A DNA stretch of 64,000 nt from Hyphomicrobiaceae bacterium (GTDB lineage: Bacteria; Pseudomonadota; Alphaproteobacteria; Rhizobiales; Hyphomicrobiaceae), in NCBI GenBank assembly GCA_024281145.1, contig JAMXLN010000124.1:8692-72691 (forward strand), written 5' to 3'. Position numbers and translations under genes: made by a program. Positions 1 through 8,886 of this stretch are shown here, piece by piece (the stretch's first letter is position 1; every line of letters starts with the position of its first letter). The notes under the pieces are model-generated. The model was not told the origin of the DNA, did not search any database, and saw nothing but the letters and a program-made list of their open reading frames with translations.

Positions 1-28
1 TTCACTGGCCGCTCTTCACTGGCCGCTA
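1..28. repeat. two tandem copies of a 14-nt unit (ttcactggccgctc / ttcactggccgcta) at the window edge
   Basis: Read directly from the sequence. The repeat may continue upstream of the window. Confidence 0.5.
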
Positions 29-393
29 GCCAAGCGCCATCGCATGGTTTCTACGGGGGATTGCAACGGCAGCTCGCTCGTTAGCCCGTGGTATCGCCTC
101 GGTCGCGACAGAAGCATCGCTCTACCTTCCTGTGGATGGCGGCGTATCTGTCACGCGTTTTCCATACTGCCATGAGGATATAGCGGACGCCTACGCAGGG
201 GTTGGCCAGGTCCCCAAATCGGGGTTTCCACGGATAGCTTTGGCGTAGCAGCGGGGCCATTGTGAGCACGGATCACCACGACGCCCCCCGTTCGTGCGTG
301 ATCTGCGAGTGGGTCGCCCACCCCGGCGGCCCCTGGGACGCGCCTCCCCCGGCGTCGTCCCAACTGCCAGAGAGTTCCCTCCTCTCTGGATAA

Positions 394-432
394 GAGCGGT
401 GCGCGTCCCCCCGTCGCACTGCTCATTTTTTT
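394..432 (+). terminator. rho-independent terminator
   Basis: A 12-bp GC-rich stem (394-405 / 412-424, one G-U pair) with a 6-nt loop is followed by A plus seven T (425-432). Confidence 0.6.
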
Positions 433-576
433 GCGTTTGCTCTCTAGGCAAACGATGGCGCGCCGCCGGGGGTCGTCGAGATTGAACTTGCTCTCCAGCC
501 GGCATTATCCGCGGGGATTACCGGCCGCGAGTTCACAACGGGGATGACCATCTCCAGCGTGAATGCCCTGCGCTGC

Positions 577-3500
577 TCAACGGGCAAGTCGGCGCACGTC
601 GCGCTTGTCGCTCACCGCGTGCGGCACGTGCGACGGTTGACGCGTGCACGCCGTCGCTTGCGCCTCGGTGAGCCAATTGTCTGGAAGCTCCAGGCGACAT
701 TTGACCCCCTCCGGAGCGAACGCGAGGTCGACCGCACCGCCAAACTCGTATGGAATGAGGTCGCGAATTGTGCTCGTCCCAAACCCAGAGCTCTTGGGAG
801 CTGCAACAAAAGGCCCGCCGATCTCGGCCCATTCGAAGACTAGATGAGAACGCCGATGGCCGTTCAACCGCCGTTCCCACCGGATCGCAACGCTCCCATT
901 TTTCATGGATAGGGCCCCGTGCTTTGCGGCGTTGGTAACCAGCTCATGGAGAACCATTGCCAGCGCCTGGCCTGCCTCGGCCTTCAGTATGACGTTGGGA
1001 CCATTGACGTAGGTGTTGGTTCCCGCCGCATAGGGCGCCAGCTCGCGTCTGACAAGTCCAAGCAACGATATTCCCTGCCACCGACCCTCGCTCAACAGTT
1101 CGTGTGTCCTCGCCATCGAGCGAATGCGGCCATCGAGCGAAGCTACGAAATGGTGCATCGAGCTACTGGCGTCCAATGTGTGGGCGGCGACAGCGCTAAC
1201 AGTCGCAAGCACATTCTTAACGCGATGATCAAGTTCAGCATTCAGGGTGCGCTGGAGTTCCTCGGCCCGTTTGCGGTCGGTAATATCGATGTTGACACCG
1301 ACCACCCGGTATGGCTGACCATCGCCGTGGTAGGATGCAAAGCTACGCGCCTCAATCCAGCGAACCTCACCCCCAGACCGAACAATGCGATAATCGATCA
1401 CGTATTCCCGCAACCGGTTTTGAAAATTACGTCGCCTGATTTCGTCAAATCGGCGCGCGTCTTCAGGATGTAGGAGCGCCAGCCATGAGCTGCGCTGAAT
1501 GACAGTGGTACCTTCCGCCAAACCGTGAAGTGCCGCGTAGCCCGCGGAGATTTGCATGATATCGGGGCCGACCTCAAAGGCAACACTGCCCACCAAGGCG
1601 GCTCTTTCTGCAAGGGCAAGTTGCAAGGTGCGCTCAGCCAGCGCCAGTTCCGCCTTTTTGCGCTCGGTGATGTCACGCGTTAGTCCTTGAAGGCGCAACA
1701 GCCGCCCGGTGGCGTCGAACTCACCCTTCGCAGTCTCCTCCAGCCACACCGTCTCGCCGTCCGGACGGACAAAGCGGAAAGTCAAGACATACGAAGAATT
1801 GCATGGAGATAGCTGGCGAATGTGTGCTTTGAATCGCTTGCGATCGTCTGCATGGACCCGCTTGAGAAAGTCATTAGACCTCGAAGTCTCGGTCGCACTT
1901 TGTGTGCCCCCGAGAATGAGAGGGGCATTATCGCTGCGCCTTGTGAGACCCGTCACAGCATCCCATTCGAAGGCCATGACTTGGCCAGCTGCTAATGCAT
2001 CGGCCAAGCGCGCTTTGCTCTCGTTGAGCAGAGCCTCTGTGTTTTTGCGTTGTGTCACATCTATGTTGACACCAATCACCCGTTGCGCGGCCCCACCGCT
2101 GTTGTACGAGATGAAACTGCGCGACTCGATCCAGCGCACTCCAAAGTGCGGGGACACAATTCGGTACTCTAAAGTTTGCTCGGATCTGCCATCACGTAAG
2201 GCTCGACTACGAAGCCTTACCACGCGCTCAACGTCCTCCGGATGCACCCTCGTGCGCCACTCGCTACGCGTCGTCTCTGTTATCCCCTCGGGCAATCCAT
2301 GGATGGCAGCATATCCCTCTGAGACCTGCATCCTGTTTGCACCGACATCGTATGCGTAGCTGCCGACGAGCGCGGCCCGTCCGGCAAGTGCGAGCTGCGC
2401 GTTGCGTTCGGTCAGCGCCAATTCGGCCTTCTTGCGTTCGCTGATGTCGACCGTCATGTTGACGACACCGACAATGGTGCCGTGCTGATCGCGCAAGGGT
2501 TTCGGATAAGGAATAATGGGGAGGCGCGAGCCATCCGTCCGCTCTAAAATCGCCTCCGAGCCCTGCACGCCCCGACCCTGCGTCAATGCAATCTCGGTTG
2601 GGCACTCTTCGAGCGCCATCCGGGTGCCGTTCGCATGATAAAAGCGCGAAAAGCTCGACCATTTATCCTCCCCCAATTTGGGAGTTGCTCCCCACAGGTT
2701 GACCGCTGCTTCGTTGCAATATGTGATGCGACCAGCCGCGTCGGTCACATAGATGGCAGCAGGTAGCGCCCCCAACAGCTCACGTGATGCCTGCTCGCTC
2801 TCTCTCAGCTTTCTCTCGGTATGCTTTGGCTCACTTATGTCTCGGGTGACCCCGAGCAGTTGAGTGGGTCGGCCGTCTGCTTGGCGAAGGACTGCGCCTT
2901 CGATCGCAACCCACCTTGTCCGACTATCACGCTCATCATCGGATGGTCGCAGACGGTACTCTGCCCTACAGTGACCTCCGCCACGCCCCAGTCCCAGAAA
3001 GGCTGCGTCTAGCTTCGCCAAATCGTGCGGGTGGATCTGGCACCGCATCTCGGCGAGGGTTTTCGGTGGCGCTCCCGGGCCATATCCGTGAATGCGACGG
3101 TCCCGCACATCGTTTTCGAAGCGACCGCTTTTGAGGTGAATGCTCCAAGTGCCAAGCTCTGCGCAATCGAGTGCCAGTTGTAAGCGGTGGTTGCTGTTCT
3201 CAAGCGCTGTCAGATGGCTTCGCCTTTCAGCGAACACGGCAGCCAAAAGCACAACCACGACAGCTTCCGCTAGCACGAAGCTTTGAGCGGATAAAATGCG
3301 GTCAGCAAGAGGCTTGCCTGGGTCAAAGTAGCCAATGTTGAGAGTTGTCGACCCGATGACGATGAGCCCGACGGCGAGAGCTGCGGCGGCTGCGAACACC
3401 GGCCGGCAGCGCATGGCGATCCACAACAGGAATGGAACCACGAGGGACTCTGGCAAGGCCGTTGCCCAAGGCCCATCCGGCAAAGAGAGCAAAAGTGCGC

Positions 3501-4149
3501 TGAACGCAGTAACCATGACGAGCCCGGCGCAGCCTTCAATCAACTCGCGCCGTGGCAGCCCTTCGCGTATGACATCGCCTAGGCCCACGAGGAGTGGGGC
3601 GACTGTGACAATGCCCAGCGAGGAGGCCGCAAACCAAAGGCGCCATACGTGCACCGGGAAGGTTGTCGGCTCGACAAGGCTGATCGCAACCGCTGCGGCC
3701 AGAGCCGTGCTAGCTGATCCAATTGCGGTTGCTGCGAAGAACCCCAGTACCCGCTGAACATCTTCCAGTTTGAACGTACCCCCGAACCAGCGCTCAAGCA
3801 GCCACATCGTGATGAGTGGCTGCAGCGCATTGAGCAAGCCCAGAGCGATCGCAAGCCACGGGTGCCTGCCGATCATCAGATTACATGCAGCCGTTGCGAC
3901 AGTTACTCCGGCTGCCACGGGAAGGCGCGCACCGGGCCCCAAGGCGATCAAGGCGCCAATTGCGATGCCTGAAGCCGGCCAGAAGACGGCCACCCCCGGC
4001 TCGGCGCGGAGCGCCAAGCCAAGGCGACCCACCAGGAAGTATGCGATGCCGGTCGCGACGGCGAGCTTTACAAGGCCAAACCACGACCGGCTAACGATTG
4101 AATGGGAATGCTCCACCCCCAGCCCTTCCCTAAGGCAGCAGTTTACCAA
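577..4149 (-). CDS. sensor histidine kinase: N-terminal MASE1-like multi-TM domain, several PAS domains, C-terminal HWE/HisKA_2 kinase
   Basis: 1190-aa ORF. The first ~300 aa are hydrophobic. Repeated PAS-like modules are separated by ...RDITERKKAELAL... linkers. H-box HRVKNVLATV, N-box HELVTNAAKHGAL and FEWAEIGGP are typical of HWE kinases. The exact start is uncertain. Confidence 0.85.
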   Translation of the reverse strand: MVNCCLREGLGVEHSHSIVSRSWFGLVKLAVATGIAYFLVGRLGLALRAEPGVAVFWPASGIAIGALIALGPGARLPVAAGVTVATAACNLMIGRHPWLAIALGLLNALQPLITMWLLERWFGGTFKLEDVQRVLGFFAATAIGSASTALAAAVAISLVEPTTFPVHVWRLWFAASSLGIVTVAPLLVGLGDVIREGLPRRELIEGCAGLVMVTAFSALLLSLPDGPWATALPESLVVPFLLWIAMRCRPVFAAAAALAVGLIVIGSTTLNIGYFDPGKPLADRILSAQSFVLAEAVVVVLLAAVFAERRSHLTALENSNHRLQLALDCAELGTWSIHLKSGRFENDVRDRRIHGYGPGAPPKTLAEMRCQIHPHDLAKLDAAFLGLGRGGGHCRAEYRLRPSDDERDSRTRWVAIEGAVLRQADGRPTQLLGVTRDISEPKHTERKLRESEQASRELLGALPAAIYVTDAAGRITYCNEAAVNLWGATPKLGEDKWSSFSRFYHANGTRMALEECPTEIALTQGRGVQGSEAILERTDGSRLPIIPYPKPLRDQHGTIVGVVNMTVDISERKKAELALTERNAQLALAGRAALVGSYAYDVGANRMQVSEGYAAIHGLPEGITETTRSEWRTRVHPEDVERVVRLRSRALRDGRSEQTLEYRIVSPHFGVRWIESRSFISYNSGGAAQRVIGVNIDVTQRKNTEALLNESKARLADALAAGQVMAFEWDAVTGLTRRSDNAPLILGGTQSATETSRSNDFLKRVHADDRKRFKAHIRQLSPCNSSYVLTFRFVRPDGETVWLEETAKGEFDATGRLLRLQGLTRDITERKKAELALAERTLQLALAERAALVGSVAFEVGPDIMQISAGYAALHGLAEGTTVIQRSSWLALLHPEDARRFDEIRRRNFQNRLREYVIDYRIVRSGGEVRWIEARSFASYHGDGQPYRVVGVNIDITDRKRAEELQRTLNAELDHRVKNVLATVSAVAAHTLDASSSMHHFVASLDGRIRSMARTHELLSEGRWQGISLLGLVRRELAPYAAGTNTYVNGPNVILKAEAGQALAMVLHELVTNAAKHGALSMKNGSVAIRWERRLNGHRRSHLVFEWAEIGGPFVAAPKSSGFGTSTIRDLIPYEFGGAVDLAFAPEGVKCRLELPDNWLTEAQATACTRQPSHVPHAVSDKRDVRRLAR

Positions 4150-4767
4150 CTCAATGACTTATCGGTTGTGGAGGCAAGAGAGGCCAATTGGCGGGCTCGC
4201 TCTATCGGGTGTTCTACCTAAATTGCGCTGCGGGCAACCCCGAGTTTCTGCCACGATGCGAAGCCCGCCTTCGGGTCAACGCCAGCGCAATCTCGTTGCG
4301 TTCCGAAATGGGCCGGCCAAATAGGGTTGTCCAACTGTGGTGGTTCGGCGGTCCCGAAGATCAGGAGTAAGCAATGCTCGCCGGCCGCCGGCGAGAGGAC
4401 GAGGTTCGGGTGCGCCTGTTTGCTTCGAGCTTGTGGTAATTCGCTGCCAGCCCTACCCGAGACGATGACCGCCGCTGCGGTTCGTGATCGGACACGATGG
4501 CGGCGGGGAGTCGATCAGGGAACTGATGGCGTAGGCGTTCGGCTCGGCGACCAAGCCGTGGACATGACGGTGCCCAGGCCGGGGCAGCACGCGAGATTTG
4601 CGGTGCTCCCGGAGGCGAGCGAGTAAACCTTCCTGCTGATGCCTGGAGGATGGAAAGGGCGCCCCGTGTGGGAGAAGACGCCCTTTCTGACCCACCCTGG
4701 TGCGGGGAGAGGGAGGGTCCCTAAGAGAATTCGCCAGCTCTGTGGCAATTCCGCGGCAGAAATGAAA

Positions 4768-4793
4768 AGGAGGCGCGAACACCCGCGCCTCCT
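4768..4793 (-). terminator. possible rho-independent terminator (minus strand)
   Basis: Perfect 10-bp stem aggaggcgcg/cgcgcctcct with a 6-nt loop. On the minus strand it is followed by TTTCATTTCT. It lies ~360 nt downstream of the amidohydrolase operon. Confidence 0.4.
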
Positions 4794-5152
4794 CCCGCAC
4801 GTGCAGCCGCGTGCGCGGCTAGCGCCCTAGATACGAAGAAGCCGCTCAAAAGTTTCATCGTGGCAAAGCGAATGCAACCCCGTGACAGGAAGACCTCATG
4901 CGGTGGCTTCGTCACGATGGGAATGCGGGCAGCCGACCTTGCTGCTTGTTCTCGCCAGGCCGGGTCCCCACGATGGAGGATTTCACTCCTCGGCGCGGCT
5001 GAGCCGCCCGCTTGCATCGCGGCCCGCCAGAGGAGAACCTCGTGGATAATCTTCACCGGCACGGAGCTCAGTCCGCGAGCGGCCTCTTCGCCGTCAGCGC
5101 AACCAATGTCCGCCGGGGATCGCTAGATCAACACCTGAGTCGCTGTGGCCGT

Positions 5153-6274
5153 TCAATTGAAGCGGTAGATTTGCTCCGCATTGTGGCGGAATATCGCACG
5201 GCGCTCGGCTTCACTCATGGCGATCTTGATGGCGCGTTGCGGATCGTCGTAGTCCCAGTGCGGATAGTCGCTCGAATAGACGATACGATCCCATCCGATC
5301 CAATCGAAGAGGGTGCGCAGGTGTTGTGGGTACTCCGGCTCTTCGATGGGTTGGGTCGCGTACCAGAGATTGCGGCGCAGGTACTCTGATGGTTTGAGCT
5401 TGAGGTTTGGAACCTCGCTCCGCATCTTTGCGACGTTGGCGTCGAGGCGCCAACCGAGGGTGGGAACCCAGGCGAAGCCGCCCTCGATCAAGATAATCTT
5501 TAGGTTTGGATAACGATCGAACACGCCTTCGAGAATTAGGCTGGCGGCCTGCGTCGGCATCGAATGGCTCAAGACCTGATGCTCCTCGACGTAGAACGAA
5601 GGCCAGCCCGAGGCTGAGGGAGCTGCAGCAGACGGACCGCCCACGTGTAGCCCGATCGGCAAGTTCACGCGTTCGGCGGCGGCGAAGATTGCCCAGTAGC
5701 GTTTGCGACCCAGCGGTTCGGGAGTACGCGAGGACAATTGGATTTGGGCGAACCGTCGATCGCCCGCGCGCCTCTCGATCTCGGCGACGGCCGCCTCGGC
5801 GTCGTCTTGGGGCACCAGGATGGAGGCCCGCAGGCGCGGCTCGATGTCCGTGAAATGCGTCACCTGCCAGTCGTTGAAGGCCGAGCAGAGCGCCGCCTGC
5901 AGCTCGACGTTGCGCGGCGCGTTGCCTTCCAGCAAGGGCTCGAGCACGCCGAACTCGACGTCGTTGGCGTCGAGATGCTGGGAGCGGATGAAGTCGACGT
6001 CGGAGCCAGGCAGACCGCCACCCGCGGGCCATGCATCACGCCGGCACGTGTTCGGCATAAAGCGCGGATAGGTGCCGCGTGCCGCATAGATGCCGCGGGT
6101 TCCCTTGCCGTATTCGGCCAAATGTTGGCGCCAGCGTGCGGACAAGAACGGGTCGAGATCGCGCGGCGTGCGCAAGTAGGGATGGATGTCACAGTCGATG
6201 ATGCGCAGGCGCGTCTTGAGGTCCCGAGTTGGACCACCGTGGGTGTCAACGTCACGTTCGAGCGTGAGGCTCAT
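5153..6274 (-). CDS. amidohydrolase_2 (ACMSD/LigW/LigI-like) family metal-dependent hydrolase/decarboxylase
   Basis: N-terminal IDCDIHPY metal-binding motif and C-terminal YSSDYPHWD motif. I chose the ATG at 6274, which has GGAGA 7 nt upstream. It overlaps the upstream paralogue by 23 nt. Confidence 0.8.
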   Translation of the reverse strand: MSLTLERDVDTHGGPTRDLKTRLRIIDCDIHPYLRTPRDLDPFLSARWRQHLAEYGKGTRGIYAARGTYPRFMPNTCRRDAWPAGGGLPGSDVDFIRSQHLDANDVEFGVLEPLLEGNAPRNVELQAALCSAFNDWQVTHFTDIEPRLRASILVPQDDAEAAVAEIERRAGDRRFAQIQLSSRTPEPLGRKRYWAIFAAAERVNLPIGLHVGGPSAAAPSASGWPSFYVEEHQVLSHSMPTQAASLILEGVFDRYPNLKIILIEGGFAWVPTLGWRLDANVAKMRSEVPNLKLKPSEYLRRNLWYATQPIEEPEYPQHLRTLFDWIGWDRIVYSSDYPHWDYDDPQRAIKIAMSEAERRAIFRHNAEQIYRFN

Positions 6275-7334
6275 GTGGGTTCTCCTTGAGCCGCGGATAG
6301 GTTGCAAGGGGGTTGTCGATAAGCATCTTAGCGAGGAACGGTGCCGGCAACCCGTCTGGCACGGCTCGGTCTCCGTCGAACTGCCAGTGCGGATAGTCGG
6401 TTGCAAACAGGAGCATTGCGTCGGAGTCGATCATCTCCACGATGCGCGTAACGGCTTGGGCGTCCGGCGCATCGAACGGCTGAGCGGTGAGCCGTACATG
6501 CTCGCGCACGATCTCGGCCGGGGAGCGCTTGACATAGGGGACCTCGGCTCGCACACCGCGCCACGTCTTGATCGCGCGCCAAAGAAAGCCAGGTAGCCAA
6601 GACACACCGCTCTCGATCAGTACGACGCGCAGGCCCGGGAACTTCACGAAAGCACCCTCATGGATGAGGCTCAGCAGCTGGTCCTCGAAGGTCTGCGAGT
6701 GGCTGACGTAGTCCTGGATGTAGTGTGACGACCAACCGTTGGACGTCGTGGGATAGCGGTGCAGGCTGCCCGCGTGAAGGCCGAGCGGCAGCCCATGCTT
6801 CTCGCAGGCCGCCAGCAGCGGCCAGTAATAGCGCCGCCCGAGCATCATTTCGACGGCGACAGGGATCATCACTTGCACGAAACGGCGGTCGGGCGCACGC
6901 CGCTCGATTTCCTCGACAGCAAGCTCGGGGCTCTGCGGCGGCACGATGATGGAGGAACGAAATCGCGCGTCCTTGTCGAGGAACTCCTTGGTGATCCAGT
7001 CGTTCACGGCCTGGCAGACGGCGGCCCCCATCGACTCGCTGACCGCCACCTGCCCGCCGGTGAGCGGATTGCAAATGGCGAACGCCGTGCCCATCACGTC
7101 GAGCGACTGGCGAACGATCGTCGCGGAATCGGCCGCGGGCCGACCCTTTGCGGGTCGCCAGTCGGCGCGGCACGAAATCGGCGCACCGGGCGGATAGCTC
7201 GCCATCTCCAGCCCGTCGATCCCGCGCGAAACGAACGCTTCCTGCCAGTAGTCGTCCATATATGGCAACAGGACCCCGACGCCCGGAACCGTCGGGTGGA
7301 TGTCACAGTCGATGGCACCCGGATAGCGGCTCAT
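6252..7334 (-). CDS. amidohydrolase_2 family protein (paralogue of the downstream gene)
   Basis: AIDCDIHPT near the N-terminus and FATDYPHWQFD near the C-terminus. The start is set at MSRYPGAIDCD. Confidence 0.8.
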   Translation of the reverse strand: MSRYPGAIDCDIHPTVPGVGVLLPYMDDYWQEAFVSRGIDGLEMASYPPGAPISCRADWRPAKGRPAADSATIVRQSLDVMGTAFAICNPLTGGQVAVSESMGAAVCQAVNDWITKEFLDKDARFRSSIIVPPQSPELAVEEIERRAPDRRFVQVMIPVAVEMMLGRRYYWPLLAACEKHGLPLGLHAGSLHRYPTTSNGWSSHYIQDYVSHSQTFEDQLLSLIHEGAFVKFPGLRVVLIESGVSWLPGFLWRAIKTWRGVRAEVPYVKRSPAEIVREHVRLTAQPFDAPDAQAVTRIVEMIDSDAMLLFATDYPHWQFDGDRAVPDGLPAPFLAKMLIDNPLATYPRLKENPHEPHART

Positions 7335-7403
7335 CCCGCGTCCCCTTTCCTCTGCCGGATCGGCCCTATGTGCACGCAACGCGGCGTCCGCCTGGTCGTG
7401 TGC

Positions 7404-7817
7404 CTAGAACTCGACGACTACGTACTTCTCCTCGACTTTCACCGCCACCGTCTCGGCCACATAGGGTCCCCTGACCACCTCGGTCCCAGCGGTGATCTCC
7501 GTCGGATAGGTCCGCGCCCGTATCTTGGCCGGCTCGCACCAGGATTGACCGGTCCGGATGTCGAACTCCCATCCGTGCCAGGGGCAACGTATCATCTCGC
7601 CCTTTCGGATCATGCGGAACTCACCCGGCCGGTCGCCGACCGCAAGGCCCGTGATCAGGCCATCGCATAGGCTGCCGCCTTGGTGGGGACACCGGTTAAG
7701 CAGGCCGTAGTACTCACCCTCCAGATTGAAGATGCCGATCGGCCGCCCGGCAACGGTGAACACCTTGTGAGTGCCGGGCGGAATTTCGGCAACGGAGGCG
7801 ACGACGTATCTTTGCAT
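7404..7817 (-). CDS. small Rieske [2Fe-2S] domain protein
   Basis: CPHQGGSL ... CPWHGWEF Rieske cluster ligands in a 137-aa protein. Confidence 0.85.
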   Translation of the reverse strand: MQRYVVASVAEIPPGTHKVFTVAGRPIGIFNLEGEYYGLLNRCPHQGGSLCDGLITGLAVGDRPGEFRMIRKGEMIRCPWHGWEFDIRTGQSWCEPAKIRARTYPTEITAGTEVVRGPYVAETVAVKVEEKYVVVEF

Positions 7818-8035
7818 GGCGCGTGGTCTATCTCACGTCCTCACGCCGACCTCCCTATTCGAGCACCCCGGGGCGATCGGGCCTTGAGTTGACGCATCCT
7901 ACGCGACCGGCGACCCGGCCGACAATCTGTTGCAGCAGCCCAACCAACGAAATTGCTCGGGGATGAGGGGCTTGGGTAACCGTTTGCGCAGGCGCGGCCT
8001 CAATCCACAACCAGAGCTGCCTGCTCAGCGTCGAA

Positions 8036-8413
8036 TTACGAACGCTCCTTTTCTGCTCCGGTGAGGTTCCGATAGAAGGTAAGTGCGTTGCGATCCAAGT
8101 CATAGAGGGCGAATTCGCGTGTTCCCCACGGCCTATCTTGGACTGTGTTGGAAGTGCATCCGACACCACGTTGCCGATATTCATCGAAGAGCGCGTCTGG
8201 GTCCTCAACCAGAAACCGCAGGCGAATGGTGCCCATTTCGTGCTCGAACTGAAACTGCATGTGGAGCTCGACGGCGTCGCGGCGAAATCCAACATAATTT
8301 GGCGAATCGGCGTGGTCTTGAAAGGCCAGCCCGAAGCCCAGTTGCTGGGTGTAGAACCCGATCGCCCGCTGGATGTCTCGCGTGCCGAGAATGGGATGGG
8401 TTGCTTTGAACAT
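8036..8413 (-). CDS. VOC / glyoxalase / bleomycin-resistance family protein
   Basis: MFKATHPILGTRDIQRAIGFY... and ...DRPWGTREFALYDLDRNALTF are typical of this fold. The internal ATG at 8413 was chosen as the start. Confidence 0.75.
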   Translation of the reverse strand: MFKATHPILGTRDIQRAIGFYTQQLGFGLAFQDHADSPNYVGFRRDAVELHMQFQFEHEMGTIRLRFLVEDPDALFDEYRQRGVGCTSNTVQDRPWGTREFALYDLDRNALTFYRNLTGAEKERS

Positions 8414-8443
8414 TGCTGGCTCCGTTATCAATAATCCCTGGCA

Positions 8444-8490
8444 ATTATCCCTGGCAATCATCCCTGGTCGATCCCTACGACGGCCCAAGA
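8444..8490. repeat. degenerating tandem repeat atccctggcaatt / atccctggcaatc / atccctggtcg / atccctacga
   Basis: Read directly from the sequence. It sits 31-77 nt upstream of the VOC start codon. Confidence 0.6.
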
Positions 8491-8886
8491 TGACTCCCAT
8501 TCTAAGCCAACGCGATCCAACAGCCGCGCTGCGTTTTCGTGGCGTTCTATACTTTGGCGGGCTGGCTCGATCGCGTCCCGGATCGCTTTCTCAACCTACC
8601 CAATAAGGGCTATTGGCTCACATCGGATCGCCGCGAGGCGGCTCTGGCAACATCCGTCCCCTCGTTGCTATTGCCGGGCTTGCGCTGAGCCAGGTGATCA
8701 TGATCGCTTGGCTCTACCGGCGCTTCCGGGTGCCGCGAGATGCCTGAAGAAACGTGCTGATTTTGGCTGACGGGTTGATCGGGGGCGCCCTTCAGGCGCG
8801 CCGAACCCTTGCATTTTCGGTCGCCCCAACGCGTGCTGGCGGCCTCTGCGACGCGAGCCTGAATGGCAACAGCGAGCCTGCGCGGG

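Larger units (their letters stand above)
1..432 (+). ncRNA. candidate structured non-coding plus-strand transcript of unknown family, ending at an intrinsic terminator
   Basis: All three + frames are closed early (stops at 25-27, 82-84, 170-172), and third-position GC of the open stretches is not coding-like. There is a long-range helix acgacgcc (278-285) / ggcgtcgt (351-358) and an 8-bp hairpin at 367-389, followed by the terminator at 394-432. No RNA family was recognised. Confidence 0.25.

Noticed and set aside
394-424. The hairpin GAGCGGTGCG...CGCACTGCTC as a group II intron domain V.
   Set aside because: The loop is TCCCCC rather than GNRA, there is no 2-nt bulge, and the hairpin is followed directly by a T7 run. 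I saw no domain VI or intron ORF. A terminator is the simpler reading.
4697-4722. Recurrent CCCTCTCC.../...GGGAGAGGG-type GC-rich hairpin motifs (also near 20660-20675, 24220-24239 and 42372-42400) as a dispersed REP-like repeat family.
   Set aside because: The copies share only a short, low-complexity core and differ in arm length and sequence. By eye I cannot show that they are one family rather than independent GC-rich hairpins. A computational repeat search would be needed.
8444-8490. Short tandem repeats (here and at 29775-29804) as a CRISPR array.
   Set aside because: The units are 10-15 nt and directly abutting, with no spacers. There are no cas genes in the window.
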